Positions 47,475-62,100 of a DNA stretch of 64,000 nucleotides are shown here, piece after piece. Source of the DNA: Auanema rhodensis (taxonomy: Eukaryota > Animalia > Nematoda); the NCBI GenBank assembly GCA_964057225.1, contig OZ059896.1, positions 12,462,001-12,526,000 of the forward strand. Reading direction: 5' to 3'. The notes beneath the pieces were generated by a model. That model was given only the letters and a program-made list of their open reading frames with translations, did no database searches and was not told where the DNA came from. The translations under genes and the position numbers were made by a program. The first letter of the stretch is position 1; each line of letters starts with the position of its first letter.

Positions 47475-50400
47475 TTCAGAGAAAAATCAATCAACAAAAA
47501 AGAAGTGTTACAATCAGAAATGGCACAAAATAAAAAATATTTCAACTACTTGAATTGGTTAAAAAAACTACCTTCAAGAAATTGTAATGACTGGAATGGA
47601 TGTTCTTTGTTTCGTGTAGACATGACTTTTATCATCTTTATCATAACTAAGTCATTAACCTGAATTTATTTGTTTTTTATTTCTATTTCGTGTATTGTAC
47701 CGTTGTTCATTTTTCTTTGTGCATGTTTCAATTCTATCTTTTACTATAGCAAAAGTGCTTTCCTTTTGTATTAGTGATCTATTAACACAATCTTCTGTAG
47801 AATTGGTTGGTTCTTCAGTTTGGAGATTATTTGCAGGCAAGTGGTGGTCAATAGGAAGTCTTGCATCCCGACCAAATAATACTATGTATGGACTAATAAA
47901 TGTTGATAAGTTTGGTAACGTCTTGATTGCAAACATAATTTTGGGTAGGTGTAAATCCCAGTTAGTTTGTTGTTCATTCACGAATGAAGAGTTCATTTTT
48001 CTTTGTGCATGCGAGATTGTAACTTAGTTGTAATTTCAGATATTGGTTCAAGAAGAGTTTTCAAATCGAAAATAATATCCCATTCTTTCTTGGTAATCGA
48101 TGGGTGACTACTGCACAAATTTTTTTTAAAAATAAAAAAAAAACAGCTAACTTTTCATTTCTTTCTGAAAATACTCTCAATTTCTTCTCGAAAATTTTTT
48201 TGAAAACCTTTGAGAGAATTTTTGCAGGAATGTCTTGTAAAACTTTCTTTAATGTTGAAACGGTCAGTACTACTACGACGTAGTTTTTTAATAATTTTCC
48301 TTATTCTTTTAATTCAATCAAAACTGGATCTTTTATAAGATATTTAAGCATCGCAATTATTACATTATTTACAATTAAATCAAAACCAATAACAACCAAC
48401 TGAACCAAGTGCGCAAAACATTGTGATGATTACGTATTATCATATCTGTTTAATAATGTTTACCATCTGCTCCAGCTCTAATGTAAGAGTGTATTTTTCT
48501 GCTATTAATATTGAAAGAAGTCAAAGTATTTTTCAAGCAGCAGTGAACACGGTGTTACTCTGAGAATAGGTCCCGTTCTGTTCAAAAAAATGAAAACTCG
48601 TTTAACCCGTATGACTAATGTCCTTAAGGTGAATACAAGTAATGATTCTGCATAACAAATACAAGAGAATGTTGGAAAAATCTATTCAATGAATTGTAGT
48701 AATAAAACAAAATCTTGGAAAACAATAGCAAACATCTCAGAGAGAAATCAATCAACAACAAAGAAGTGTTACAATCAGAAATGGCACAAAATCACAAAAT
48801 AAAAAATATTTCAACAACTTGAATTGGTTAAAAAAAACTACCTTCAAGAAATTGTAATGACTGGAATGGATGTTCTTTGTTTCGTGTAGACATGACTTTT
48901 ATCATCTTTATCATAACTAAGTCATTAACCTGAATTTATTTGTTTTTTATTTCTATTTCGTGTATTGTACCGTTGTTCATTTTTCTTTGTGCATGTTTCA
49001 ATTCTATCTTTTACTATAGCAAAAGTGCTTTCCTTTTGTATTAGTGATCTGTTAACACAATCTTCTGTAGAATTGGTTGGTTCTTCAGTATGAAAATTGT
49101 TCATTTTTCTTTGTGCATGCGAGATTGTAACTTAGTTGTAATTTCAGTTATTGGTTCAAGAAGAGTTTTCAAATCGAAAATAATATCCCATTCTTTCTTG
49201 GTAATCGATGGGTGACTACTGCACAAATTGTTTTAAAAATAAAAAAAAACAGCTCACTTTTCATTTCTTTCTGAAAAAACTCTCAATTTCTTCTCGAAAA
49301 TTTTTTTGAAAACATTTGAGAGAATTTTTGCAGGAATGTCTTAAAATTTTTCTTTAATGTTGAAACGGTCAGTACTACTACGACGTAGTTTTTTAATAAT
49401 TTTCCTTATTTTTTTAATCCAATCAAAACTGGATCTTTTATAAGATATTTAAGCATTGCAATTATTACATTATTTACAATTAAATCAAAACAAATTACAA
49501 CCAACTGAACCAAGTGCGCAAAACATTGTGATGATTACGTATTATCATATCTGTTTAATAATGTTTACCATCTGCTCCAGCTCTAATGCAAGAGTGTATT
49601 TTTCTGCTATTAATATTGAAAGAAGTCAAAGTATTTTTCAAGCAGCAGTGAAGAATATTAGCATTATGACCACTTTTTAACGGGCTCAGCTCGCAATAGG
49701 AAATACTCAGGTTGAGAGCTTCCAATATTCAGAAAATGAAAAGTTACCGCAAACATACTGTGCTTGCTGTTAGCACTGTTCCAGCCATCGATTGAAATGT
49801 GAAACGATTGAACATTCTGAACTATTGATTGAATCTTCCCTCTGAACTCATCATATAATTTTGGAATCATTGTTCTCGAGTACTATGTTCTAGATTTGAA
49901 TTCAATACTATAATAAAAAGATCAAATGAAAAATAATCAACTCTCACCTAGGAGCTATAGTTTTCAACGAATTCTTAAAGCCAGCATTTTCTATAATAAT
50001 GAACAGTGTTACCCTGTTAATAGGTCGAGCCCGTTCTGTACAAAAAAATGAAAACTCGTTTAACCCGTATGACTAATGTTCGTACGGTGAATAGAAGTAA
50101 TGATTAAGCATAAAGAATAACAAAGTTTACAAGAGAATGTTGGAAAAATCTATTCAATGAATTGAAGTAATAAAATAAAACCTTGGAAAACAATAGCAGA
50201 CTTCTCAGAGAAAAATCAATCAACAAAAAAGAAGTGTTACAATCAGAAATGGCACAAAATAAAAAATATTTCAACAACTTGAATTGGTTAAAAAAAACTA
50301 CCTTCAAGAAATTGTGATGACTGGAATGGATGTTCTTTGTTTCGTGTAGACATGACTTTTATCATTTTTATCATAACTAAGTCATTAACCTGAATTTATT

Positions 50401-50890
50401 TATTATTTATTTCTATTTCGTGTATTGTACCGTTGTTCATTTTTCTTTGTGAATGTTTCAATCCTATCTTTTACTATAGCAGATGTTCTTTCCTTTTGTA
50501 TTAGTGATCTATTAACACAATCTTCTGTAGAATTGGTTGGTTCTTCAATATGAAGATTGTTCATTTTTCTTTGTGCATGCGAGATTGTAACTTAGTTGTA
50601 ATTTTAGATATTGGTTCAAGAAGAGTTTTCAAATCAAAAATAATATCCCATTCTTTCTTGGTAATCGATGAGTGACTGCACAAAATTTTTTAAAAATCAA
50701 AAAAAAACAGCTTATTTAAAATTAAATCAAAACCAATAACAACCAACTGAACCAAGTGTGCAAAACATTGCGATGGATACGTATTATCGTATCTGTTTAG
50801 TAATGTTTACCATCTGCTCCATCTCTAATGAAAGAGTGTATTTCTCTGCTATCAATATTGAAAGAAGTCAAAGTATTTTTCAAGCAGCAG
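47475..50890 (+). repeat. Three imperfect tandem mosaic units (~47475-48545, 48735-49650, 50205-50890)
   Basis: The same blocks recur in the same order: integrase tail, GCGAGATTGTAACTTAG, CAACTGAACCAAGTG. Confidence 0.8.
49664..50003 (-). pseudogene. hAT transposase fragment around the first catalytic Asp; related pieces at 1-300 and 50900-51230
   Basis: IPKLYDEFRGKI...FHISIDGWNSANSKHSMFAVTFHF. Confidence 0.8.
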
Positions 50891-51784
50891 TAGAGATTAT
50901 TAGCATTATGGCCACCTTTACCGGGCTCAGCTTGCAATAGCAGATTCTCAGGTTGACAGCTTTCAATATTCAGAAAATGTGCTTGCTGTCAGCACTGTTC
51001 TAGCCATCGATTGAAACGTTGAACGTTTGAACATTCTGAACAATTGATTGAATCTTCCCTATGAAATCATTATAAAAATTTGGAATTATTGTTCTCGAGT
51101 ACTATGTTCTGGATTTTAATTCAATACTATAATGAAAAGATCAAATGAAAAATAATTAACTCTCACGTAAGAGCTATAGTTTTCAACAAATTCTTAAATC
51201 CAGCATTTCTACAATAATGAAAGGTCTGGCATCATTTATCGTTACTTCTTTTACTACATTTTTTTTCTAAAACATTATATCAAATGAAAAATTATGGTGT
51301 AGTGGATAAAATTTTAAAAAATGTATACAATAAGTTTTGAAAGTTTGGCTATTGTCTCTTCAAATTTGAAATCCATCAACAACACAAAAGTGTTACAATC
51401 AGAAATGGCACAAAATAAAAAAAATTCAACAATTTGATTTTGTTAAAAAAACAACCTTCAAAAAGTTGTGATAACCGAAATAGATGTTGTCCGTTGGTAA
51501 GGTTTGACAAAGTCCTTGTGTACTCTTCTGCTTTTTCCTTTATATGTTTGAACCACGACGAAAGATGGTTGAACTGATGTAACTAAATAAGGCCCTTCGA
51601 AGGAAGGTGTTAGTTTGTTTCGGATTTCTGAAAGAATTCATGATTTTTTCTAAAAATTAAATTAAAATTTTTTCTTCTCAAGTGTATGTGTATAATTATA
51701 TTTTTAATCATTTTTAAATATATTAAGTTTGAATTTAAATTTAAAATTTTCAAATTTTTTTTAAGTTTAAATATTTAAATTATA

Positions 51785-52365
51785 ATAAGTTGGTCGGAAA
51801 GTAATGACGTTTTTTTCGATTGTATTCGATCAAAAAAAATTATGAACACATGAATCATTATATAAAGGAAAAATTAATAATAATAAGTATTATTATATGT
51901 TATGAATTCTTATTTATATTTTTCTGAACAGTAGATTAATTCTGAGTTTTTTTATAGCTTTTTGAAATCATGCTAGAGAAGAGAAATTTAAGAGCAATTT
52001 TTTGTATGAGTTCAAAATAGGACGTAAAGCTGTTGAAGCAGCTGAAAGAATCAACGTTGCATTCGGCGAAAGGACTTGTTCTGTACGCATGGTGCAGAGA
52101 TGGTTCAAGAATTTCAAAGAGGGAAATGAGAGCTTGGAAGATGATGATCGATCCGGACGACCTGCTGCCGTTGATGCACAAGTTCTGAAAAACTTGGTTA
52201 AAGCAGACCCGTGCAGTTCCACCAGAAGTCTAGCAGAAGATCTAGGAATATCTCACACAACAGTGTTAGAGCATATAAGAAACATTGGAAAAGTGAAAAA
52301 GCTTGACAAGTGGGTTCCACATGAATTAAACGATGCTCAGAAAAATTGAAGATTGGAAGTGCATT
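51785..52365 (+). mobile_element. Second copy of the truncated mariner, extending to the WVPHEL motif
   Basis: Near-identical to 860-1346 and continues GKVKKLDKWVPHEL. Confidence 0.92.
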
Positions 52366-53599
52366 TGAAGGATGCATTTTATTTTGGTCAACTTATCAAC
52401 CAAAGAACAAAGAAGTATACGAGGAGATATAATGCATACAATGGAAGCAAGAAGTGCAAGCAAAATCAACGATCATATACCTCAACAACACTCAAAAATA
52501 CGACATTTTGCTACAGCCCTACCGAAAATACGAGTTTCACGGAAAATCATTACAGATTTCGCCAGTCACAGCGAAAGATATAATTCGATGCTCCGACAAA
52601 AATCCTGCTACAACGATAAAGTTATACTTCAATGAATCCAGAGTACAAGAAAATTGTACTCTAACATGCGGAAGAGCAACAAAGCAATTTATCAAACTAA
52701 GTACCATTTTACACTACATATGTGACACTTCAAATTCAGAGGAACTGATCAAACTACATAATGGAACATCTGGAATTTCTTGGAATCTCCCCAACTTGGA
52801 ACCTCTAATAGAAGTGATCCAGAATAATTGGAAATGGATTGGACCCGCCGTAGCTGCAGTCACAGAAAAACTATATACTACACTAGCAAGCAGAAGAAAA
52901 CCTTATATTTGTTCATTATCTCTTTTTATTTCTTAATTCATTTTTTCACGGTCAAATCGGCGAGCACATGCTGCACATGTGCGAGCTATTCAAGTGACCG
53001 ATGCCCAAACAAGCCACGCTTAGAAAATGAGACTGATATAACCCATTTTATTGCTCAAACCCAGATCGATTGCTTTAAAGACATTAGTGTCTTATCTCAT
53101 TATATTCTCTATTTTGGTTTTTCTTACTTTTTCTTACTTTTTTGTTAATGTATAATTCATACTGTAACTTCTTGTGATCTGATGATTAATTTTTTTGTCT
53201 GTTAACGTTTCTTGCAAAATAGCAAATAAAGTGTTTAGTTCTACGCACCATACAAAGAAAGTAGAAGAACATATATATTTTGAGCATAATGAATGCGGAA
53301 ATGTCCTTTCTTTCGTTAACATCAGTTTCACTGCTCAAAACTCTGTTTCTTGATATCCTAGGTCATGTGATGAATTTTAATTTTGCACTTGGCCGATGAA
53401 AATCGAACAAGATTCTTCTCAATTGACCACAACTACAGCATCAAACTTGGATAACTGCAATCAGCTGAGTTCAAACTTCGAGAAAAATTAAATTTTAAAT
53501 CTCCTCTCAATCATATTGGTCCTATTTTTTTCCTGTTATTTCAAACACGAGGGAAGATTGAATCTCATATATGACAATTCTCTTGTGACAGATTACAGT

Positions 53600-53638
53600 G
53601 GTTCCGTGGTGTTGTGGTCAGCACTCAGGACTCTGAAT
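53600..53638 (+). pseudogene. 5' half of tRNA-Gln(CUG), interrupted by a MULE-like element
   Basis: GGTTCCGTGGTGTTGTGGTCAGCACTCAGGACTCTGAAT, then unrelated sequence. Confidence 0.8.
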
Positions 53639-56500
53639 GGGCGGGTGTTCATACTTGTACACCAAATACATGTACACAAATCGTATATTTTGACATATAC
53701 ATTATGCTTTTACATATACGTTTCTCACATGTACGCAATTTGTACGCCGTACACCGAATACAATAGTTTATGATAATTAGATAAATCCTGAAATTCCTAA
53801 AAATTACACCCTAAAATTCAAATTTATACTTCCAATACTTCTTTTCTTGGGTTCTACATATCACAGTTTGTTTCTTTACTATGTGCAAACCTTTGAACTT
53901 GTGTTTGTAATAGAACATGTTGTTTTTGTTTAAGTTCTGTTCATGAATTAAGATTGAAGGTGACGAAGCTTCATGTCTTTCAAAAACTACCTTTTCTAAA
54001 TCAATAATGCTAGGTATGATGTTCTAATTTTGGTTTTTTGGTACTGACTCGTGTGATGTGCTAAAAAAACTTCCTCTGTTATCTCAGTTCAATAAGGGGC
54101 TCATCTATTTCATCTTACACCGGAACAGTGTCAAACCCATAAAAGTCATAACGTATGATCATTATTCTCCTTCGTCAGTGGAGTGTGCGTTTTTTTAATC
54201 AGTAGCTTTTTAATCTTCGTTTAGGTTCGTTTTCTTCCAAAAGAGAAACTTCAAAATGTACGCAGATTAATATAAGTTTCTCTGGAAGTTTTTTTGAAAT
54301 TAATGAAGATGGTATTTTCACATTAAAATTAATAAAAAATTCAAATCCTAAATATAAAGGGTTTAAAAGAGAGGTTAACAGATTTTTTAACCCTTTTAGT
54401 TAACCAGGATGTGTTCTTCAGATTTTTTTTGTGATAGATCAAAATAAGAATTTGATTTCGGATGTTTTTTACTTCTACATGACAGATGTATTTTTAAAAC
54501 AATTGTTCGTACCAGGTATAATTACCAACTATTTTAGGTGGATATGAACATTGACTGTTTCCAAAAAAAGAAAATACTGCCATTGCATGCTCATGATATT
54601 CAGGAAGCTATGAAAAATAGAACAACCCTTGAAACTAAAAAGTTTTTGAAAGCTACTGGCATTGATGTTTCTTCGGCCCAGGTTGCGAACCGTTTTCTTC
54701 TTATATTATTTTTGTGATTTTCAGATACATAGTCTTTCTTGTACTGTTCCAGATCATGTTAAATTGAAGATGGGGAAAAAAGTTCCAACTGATGTTCATA
54801 AGCTGTTAGACAGTTTTTTACTGAAGCAAAATCGTTTTCAAGATATTCAAAGACCATTTATCCAAAATGGTAATATTTTTTTTATTTTTTCCTAACTATT
54901 TCTACTATAGTGACTTTCAACGGTGTATCACAATTGTCTTACGATATATCGTTGGTTTCCCAATTGCTATGAAATGTTTTATTACTTTATTACCACTTGA
55001 AAAAGATGTCATTGATCATAGATAGAATTTGAGAGTTTTTGACAATCTTACTACAAGTCAAACTTCTGGAGAATTCAGTGAAACGTTTCATTTTTTTATT
55101 GTTAACAGTACCAACTATTCAGACAAATATCTACGTACTGCTAATACTTCAGGTTCAATATCTTCTCTTAATACTTTGATTGTTCTGGATACTACGTTCT
55201 CAATATACTCAGGAGAGTATCTTACTTTGGCTTTTGGATATTCAGAGCAATTTCGGTAAAAATAACAATCATTCAAAATTTATCTAATTTAGCTGCACTT
55301 TATCTGATAAGAATGATTCAATTATTCTTGGATACATGATTCATTTCACTAAAATCGCAGACCATCACAACGAATTTTCAAAGTTAGTGAAATTGTTAAA
55401 ATGCACTATAGTTTTCATTAACAGATATCTAAATGAAAAAATGTTTTCAATGAACAAAGAAAAAATAGTTCCTTGTATAATCACCGATGGTGAAGACAGT
55501 TTTTCTGTCTATTCGAGAGATTGTTTTTTTCGAAACACTTTGCATCTACGGTGCGCTGTTCATGTGATTAATAACATAAAAAGTGTTACAAATTGTCCTC
55601 AAACTACTGAAAGGGTGAAAAAAGAACTTTTCGGTTATAAGCTAAATGTGAAATTCTACCATTTTCAAAATTACGGTTTCTCTGATTGCAGACTCCAAGA
55701 AATTATTTTAAAAGATGGAGTACTAAATGCTCTATCACTAACCATATATGATAAAAAGTTTTCAAATATGATAGAAACTCTTGATTTTTAAAACGACCGA
55801 AAAATTGAAAATTGGTAAGTTTTAATTTTTAATAAAGTTCTGTGTATTCTCTAGGTTGTTCACTAACAAACAAATGCTATACAATACTTATTCTATGCAA
55901 AGAAAACTGGAAGCTTGTTGGTGTTTACAATTTCTAACTTCTAATATAAATGAGAGCCGGAACTCGGCTTTAAAAAAAATGATTCCTACTGCTATTCCAG
56001 CAGAGAATGTTGTTAAAGCTATGTTATCAATTCACGAAGGTTTTTATTATTAACAACTTATGAACTACAAATGAAAATTTCAGACGAGTTGAAAAACAGA
56101 GTCAACGCAGCCTGCGGAACAGGCTCATCCAATTTAACAACTTCGTTTTCAAATTAATAAGGAAAGTTACAAGAAATTAACACGTGCTCAGAAAATCAAC
56201 CATTTGACTGGATTTGGTTTCGAAGAATATATGATAGAATCAAAATTTGCTCAGTTTCCGTATTGGTTTGAAGGGTAAAAAAAAGAGAAGTAAAGTGTAC
56301 TATAAACGTTCAGGAAATGGTTTTGTTGATACGGAAATATTTATGAGAGAGGTTGAAAGTGTCCAAGCGCATTCCCCCAAAAAGCGATAATTCTGTATTT
56401 TTCACCTACAAAACTTTGACAATAGAGTAAGTTTTATACAGTATATATTGAAAAACCTTTTTATAAAATATGCAGATCTACTAGGCTGATTTTCATGGAA
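53639..56500 (+). mobile_element. MULE/Mutator-like DNA transposon with a spliced, degenerate transposase
   Basis: LIVLDTTFS, CIITDGED, HLRCAVHV (CxxH) and TSNINESRNSALKK. Short GT-AG introns. The left end begins with a G-rich GGGTGTTCATAC. No right TIR found. Confidence 0.8.
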
Positions 56501-56564
56501 AATAATTTGAAATGTTCAAGCAGTTTATGCAGAAAAGACTTTAATAACAACACGAAATTCGGAT

Positions 56565-58050
56565 AACATATTCAGAATTAAATTAGGAAACGGCAAGGAA
56601 CTCACGAAACCAGTTGAAAAACTCTACCAACTCGAGCTCAAGGATAATTTCGAAGGAAGAGAATTACAGGAAATAACTGTCAATCATCTTTCACACACAC
56701 CAACCAATCCGAACCGGCTAAGGAACATTTTTCGTTTTCTGATGATAATACAAATATTTTCAGTAGCTATCACCCAACCGATAATCAGGTGTTTAACATC
56801 ACAAGTTGTATTTCCAGCACAACCGAACCACTCAACAATATGCATCGACTCTAGCTGCCATAATCTCTCTGCACACCAATCCGAAATAATCCCACTACCT
56901 ATTTCAGTTTTACCAAAAACAGTATCCGTTTCACGCTTCAACTTGGAGTCAACTCAGAATCAAACATGCAAACTTCCTCACCCATGTGACTTTCTACCAC
57001 CCTTCATCCTACATATCATAGGCAATCCTCACTGTAATCCAATCTTAGCTGTTCTTATAGTACTTACGCCATTAATTGGCTGCGTTCTTTTGTTCATTAG
57101 CTGTGGTCTAATCTACAAAAAATTAAGAATATACTGCTGACAGCACGAGCCCACTATTTCGTACATCCCTTCCCTCTTATTCACACTCTTTTTTCTCATA
57201 TGCCAGGCGCAAGCTTGTGAATCCTCCAACGCTCATTAAAAGATAGAAATTTTTTGCGACGATATACAAAACTGCACCAAAATAACCAACGAAGAAATTT
57301 CATTTAATCCCTTACAAAACTCTCTTTGCTCCTACATCAAATATCAAAACTCCACTATAGGCAAACTAGAAATTCAATTAATTCAGCATAAATTTTATGC
57401 CAGAAAGTTTCGCAAGGATTTACTAGAATCACTAATCTAACCATTCACTCCTCTCATAGATGCGCCGGTACAACCCATTGCCCCTGGGGCACCGGATACA
57501 ATGATATTCGACAGGATACATTTGTATCCGAACTGTATTCTGCTTACGAAAATCCTGGAAGAACTTACTGCACCAGAGCCGGAGGAGGACTATTCAACAG
57601 CTGTGAACTTCCTATAGAAGGATGCATTTCATTTAGGCCAACTTATCAACCAGTGAACAAAGAAGTATACGAGGAGATCAAATGCATACAATGAAAGCAA
57701 GAAGTGCAAGCAGAATCAACGATCATATACCTCAACAACACTCAAAAATACGACATTTTGCTACAGCCCTACCGAAAATACGAGTTTAACGGAAAATCAT
57801 TACAGATTTCGTCAGTCACAGCGAAAGATATATTTCGATGCTCCGACAAAAATCCTGCCACAACGATAAAGTTATACTTCAATGAATCCAAAGTACAAGA
57901 AAATTGTACTCTAACATGCGGAAGAGCAACAAAGCAATTTATCCAACTAAGTACCAGATTACACTACATAAGTGACACTGCAAATTCAGAGGAACTGATC
58001 AAACTACATAATGGAACATCTGGAATTTCTGGGAATCTCCCCAACTTGGC
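56565..58050 (+). pseudogene. BEL/Pao 3' region: integrase tail plus phlebovirus Gn/Gc-like class II envelope; partial duplicate at ~52366-52900
   Basis: KPVEKLYQLEL, GNPHCNP followed by a TM segment, HRCAGTTHC, and NPGRTYCTRAGGGLFNSCELPIEGCISFRPTYQP, which has Gc fusion-loop-like Cys spacing. Confidence 0.8.
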
Positions 58051-58313
58051 GAGCACATGCTGCACATGTGCGAGCATTCAATTCAAGTGACCAATGCCCA
58101 AACAAGCCACGCCTAGAAAATGAGACTGATATAACCCATTTTTCTGCTCAAACTCAGATCGATTGCTTTAAAGACATTAGTGTCTTATCTCATTATATTC
58201 TCTATTCTGGTTTTTCTTAATTTTTCTTACTTTTTTGTTAATGTATAATTCATATTGTAACTTCTTGTGATCTGATGATTAATTTTTTTGTCTGTTAACG
58301 TATCTTGCATGTA

Positions 58314-59160
58314 CAGTCATGTGTAAAAGAAAAAGGGCAAAACTTTCGAATGGTCTCCTGAAGTAGTGAGACTACAAAAAATTAAAAACTATGAAAAATA
58401 GAAATGGTGAGCAGACCACAAATCGAAAAATGCAAAAAAAACCAAAAAATTAAGACTTTATTAATATTTTGTCGGATACCCGAAATTATCAATCACAGCT
58501 TTGAGCCTTCTATTCATCGAATTGACGAGCTTCTTCAAAATACCCGGAGAAGTTTCTCGCCAGAGGATTCTTAGGCATCTGAACTTCTCGTCCTTGTTCG
58601 ATGACGGAAATTGAGCCGTCCTTCTTCCCAAATCTCTCCATAGATGTTCGATCGGATTCAGATCGGTTCTTCAATTCTGGATGACGTCTTCAATTCTGGA
58701 TGACGTCAATTCTGGATGACGTTGAGCCAAGCGGACGATGGTGTTTTCCTGTGATGGTGTGGTCTTCGGTGGGCGCCCTGGTTTTGTCTTCTTTATCATT
58801 GCTACTCCTTGGCTGTGATCCTTGATGATGGCTTGAACGCAGCTCTTCGAGATAGCCGTAAAAGCAGCAATTTTTCGGGTTGCAAACCCTTCGTCTTTGA
58901 GCCTGAGGACTGTCTCCCTCATCTCGTTGCTGTATCTTCTGCCTTGAACCATCTAAATTTGCATATTAAAAATGAAGCTGAATCATTTTAATTTCCAAAA
59001 TAATACATTTCAAAGTTAGTTTTAAAAAATGAATTCAGCTTCATTTTTTAGCAACATAATTCCTAGCCATTATCGATTTTTTTCAGATTCCTAAATTGTA
59101 GTCTGAGCTCCAGATTCTAATATTTTCTAAATCTTGCCCTTTTTCTTTTACACATGACTG
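58314..59160 (-). mobile_element. Internally deleted Tc1-family transposon (847 bp)
   Basis: 27-bp perfect TIRs CAGTCATGTGTAAAAGAAAAAGGGCAA with TA on both sides. The HTH/GRPPKTT N-terminus is joined to the DLNPIEHLW C-terminus. Confidence 0.93.
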
Positions 59161-62100
59161 TATGTATTGTTATGTTCAGAGTTATCCGATTCATATTCAA
59201 TGTATTGATTGGGTTCGGTATTATTTATATTATTATCCTCATGTCTTTCATGTTCTATCGGTTCATGAGGATTCTGTTTGGGTATACTTTCTATTGGAGT
59301 ACTGTTGTTCTGTATGTTGCATCTTATCTCCAATGGATAGAGCTGATTGATTGATCTGCTAATTATGTTTCCATTACTAGTTACTACTTTTGCGGAACGT
59401 ATGTTGCAGTCTGAACTAGTGATTGTTTCTATGATGCGCCCAAGCTTCCATTTTCCTTGGGGCAACATGTCATTTTGTATCAATACTATTTCATCCGGTT
59501 GGGGGAAGATGTTTGTGTGATTTTTTCTATGGTTTTTATGCTTAAATATATCTTTTAAGCTTGTTAGATATTCCTCTTGAAATCGTTTCCAAAATTTAGA
59601 TGCTGAGTCTTCTGATAATAGAAGCGCTTCTAGTGCTTGCTCTGTTGATTGAATCGTTTGAATATCGCTATGGATATCAAATATATGAGTATCCGCGTTG
59701 TTTTCAGGTAATGAAAACTTTATGGCTGATGTTAAAAAGTCAAATGGCCTTATGGGTAGAGATTCTAAATTATTTGGGTGTGAATGGGTGAGTTGGCGTG
59801 TATTAATTATAGCTTCTATTTTTACAATAGCTGTGTGTAAATTGTCAATGGACATTCGATTAGAAACAAAGCATTTTTTGAGGGATGATTTGGTGACACC
59901 TACTAAGCGTTCCCAACATCTACCTTTCCAGGGTGATAATGGAGTGTTGTATATCCATTTAATTTTTTGTTGTGCTAGTGTATTTAGTAAGCTTCTTCCG
60001 TTGTAATCCGATGTTTTTTCAAGGGTTTCTAATATTTTTGAGCTCAATATAAAGTTTCCTGCGCAGTCACTACGCATAATTTCAGGAGTAACTCTGCGTG
60101 ATATAAATCTAGTGAATGCATTCATAAAAGCAATTGTAGATTGATTGGTGACTACCTCTAGGTGGACCGCTCGAGTTGTCATGCAAGTAAATAGACAAAT
60201 GTGGACCTTAGACACATTTCGAAAGGTGAAAGGGCCCATTACATCACACCCTGTTGAAAAGAATGCTCTTGTAAGAATCGCGCTATCTTTTGGTGGCGAT
60301 GGCATATCTGGTAATTCATAAGGGTGTGATTGAAATCTTTTACATGTCACACAGTTTTTCAATGTTTGTCTGATGACTCCGGTTATTTTTGGTATGTAGA
60401 ATTTTTGTCTCAATTGAATAAGCGTGAAATGTTTGCCTTGATGATTATTGTGTTTGTGTATTTTGTTGATCAGTTTGTTAACTATGAGGTTTGTTTTAAA
60501 AAGGAATATAGGGTTTTTCGTCTCTTCGGGAAGAAGAGTATTTCGTAAACGGCTTCTTTAGCGATAAATATCCCATGTATCTTTGAAGAATTTTAGATTT
60601 GTATGTCTTTGCTGTAGCTCATCAAAGCTCATATTAGATTGACTGTTACTGATCAAAATTTTTTCCAATATGTTGATGTCTTCAACAGTGTGCGTGTCTG
60701 TTGATGTGAGATGTTTTACTTTTTGCAACTTGTTGGCGCTGTTAGAATGGACTGTATGGAACCATTTTTTGAACAATTTCCCTACGGTTGTCATTGTTTT
60801 GATCACATCATTGTAGTTTTCACGAATGTTCCAAATATCATTGGTTGGAAGATTGTCTATGATTATGTGGACCACATCATAATGCTTAGATTCTGTTTCT
60901 TTGGTGTTCGTACCTAGTTTCTTCGGTGGCCCGAATGTTGTCAGAGGGTTATTCTCGTGAAGTTTGGCTAACCATTGTGGGCCTTGAATCTAATCGGAGG
61001 CTAATAATTTCTCTATGTCTGCCCCTCGGGATCCAATATCCGCAGTGTTATACGTGGTTTGCACATGATATAGTTCGATATCATAACATATTTCTTTAAT
61101 TTCATGTAACTGTTTGTTTATAATGGTTGTCTGATTTTTATGAACAATTTAAGAGACTTTTGTGAGACAATCCAAGATAGCGCTATGTTGCTGTCGCTTA
61201 CGATGTTGACTTTGGCCACATTCGGGCATACTGTAACTATTGAGAATGCCATTCGTACTGCTAAGCGAATGTCTAATAGTCCTAATCGTGGAATCGTGGT
61301 TTCATTTTTGGGTGCAATGCGAGATTTTCCGTTGAGAAGGAAGCTAACCTTCTGTTTTGTTTAAAAGTAAGAACAAGCGGCCATGGCTTAATTGCTTGCG
61401 TCAGCGAAAACCCATAATTGTGTTTCATTGTCTATGAATGGAAAATATCTGTTCATGGTCAACTGATTGTGGTTCATTTGAGTTATGTGTTGTTCCCATT
61501 GTTTAATACTGTTTGACTCAATGGGTTGGCCCCATGAGTTTAGTATTCGTAATTTCTAAAAATTAATTTATTATAAGTTTGAGTGGTAAAAGTAGTGGGG
61601 CCGACAACCCAATAGGGTCGAATATTGAATGCAGTAGACTGAGTAAAATTCTTTTTGTATATTTCGTTTGATTGTTTGTTATGTTTATGAGAATCATGAA
61701 CGTGTCAATTTCTTTATTAAAGGATATGCCGAGTATTTTAGTGATCGAGCTGGGATATCTGTCTTCTTCCGGAAGACTTTGTACCACAAGTTCATTGTTT
61801 GATAGGTATTCGTGAACGTGCATATTTCTGCAACAATGTTTGGGTGTCCTTACATTTCTTTTTAGCATCTGCTGTTGTATCTGCTGTGAGTATGATGTTG
61901 TCGATATACAAGTTGTTAAGAATTTCCGGGAGATGCAGTAATACCAAAAGATAGTCTGTTGAATCGGAGGGTTATGATGTTGTTGTGTGATACCGGGTAA
62001 TTTTGGTTTCTTATCCAGTAAAATTTGCATAAATTTTTGTGTTTTTCTGACAACTGTATTTGTTAGAATGCTGCCTTAATATCACATGTTATTATGATAG

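Noticed and set aside
6034-53638. Functional tRNA-Gln genes
   Set aside because: All copies are truncated or have broken stems or B-box.
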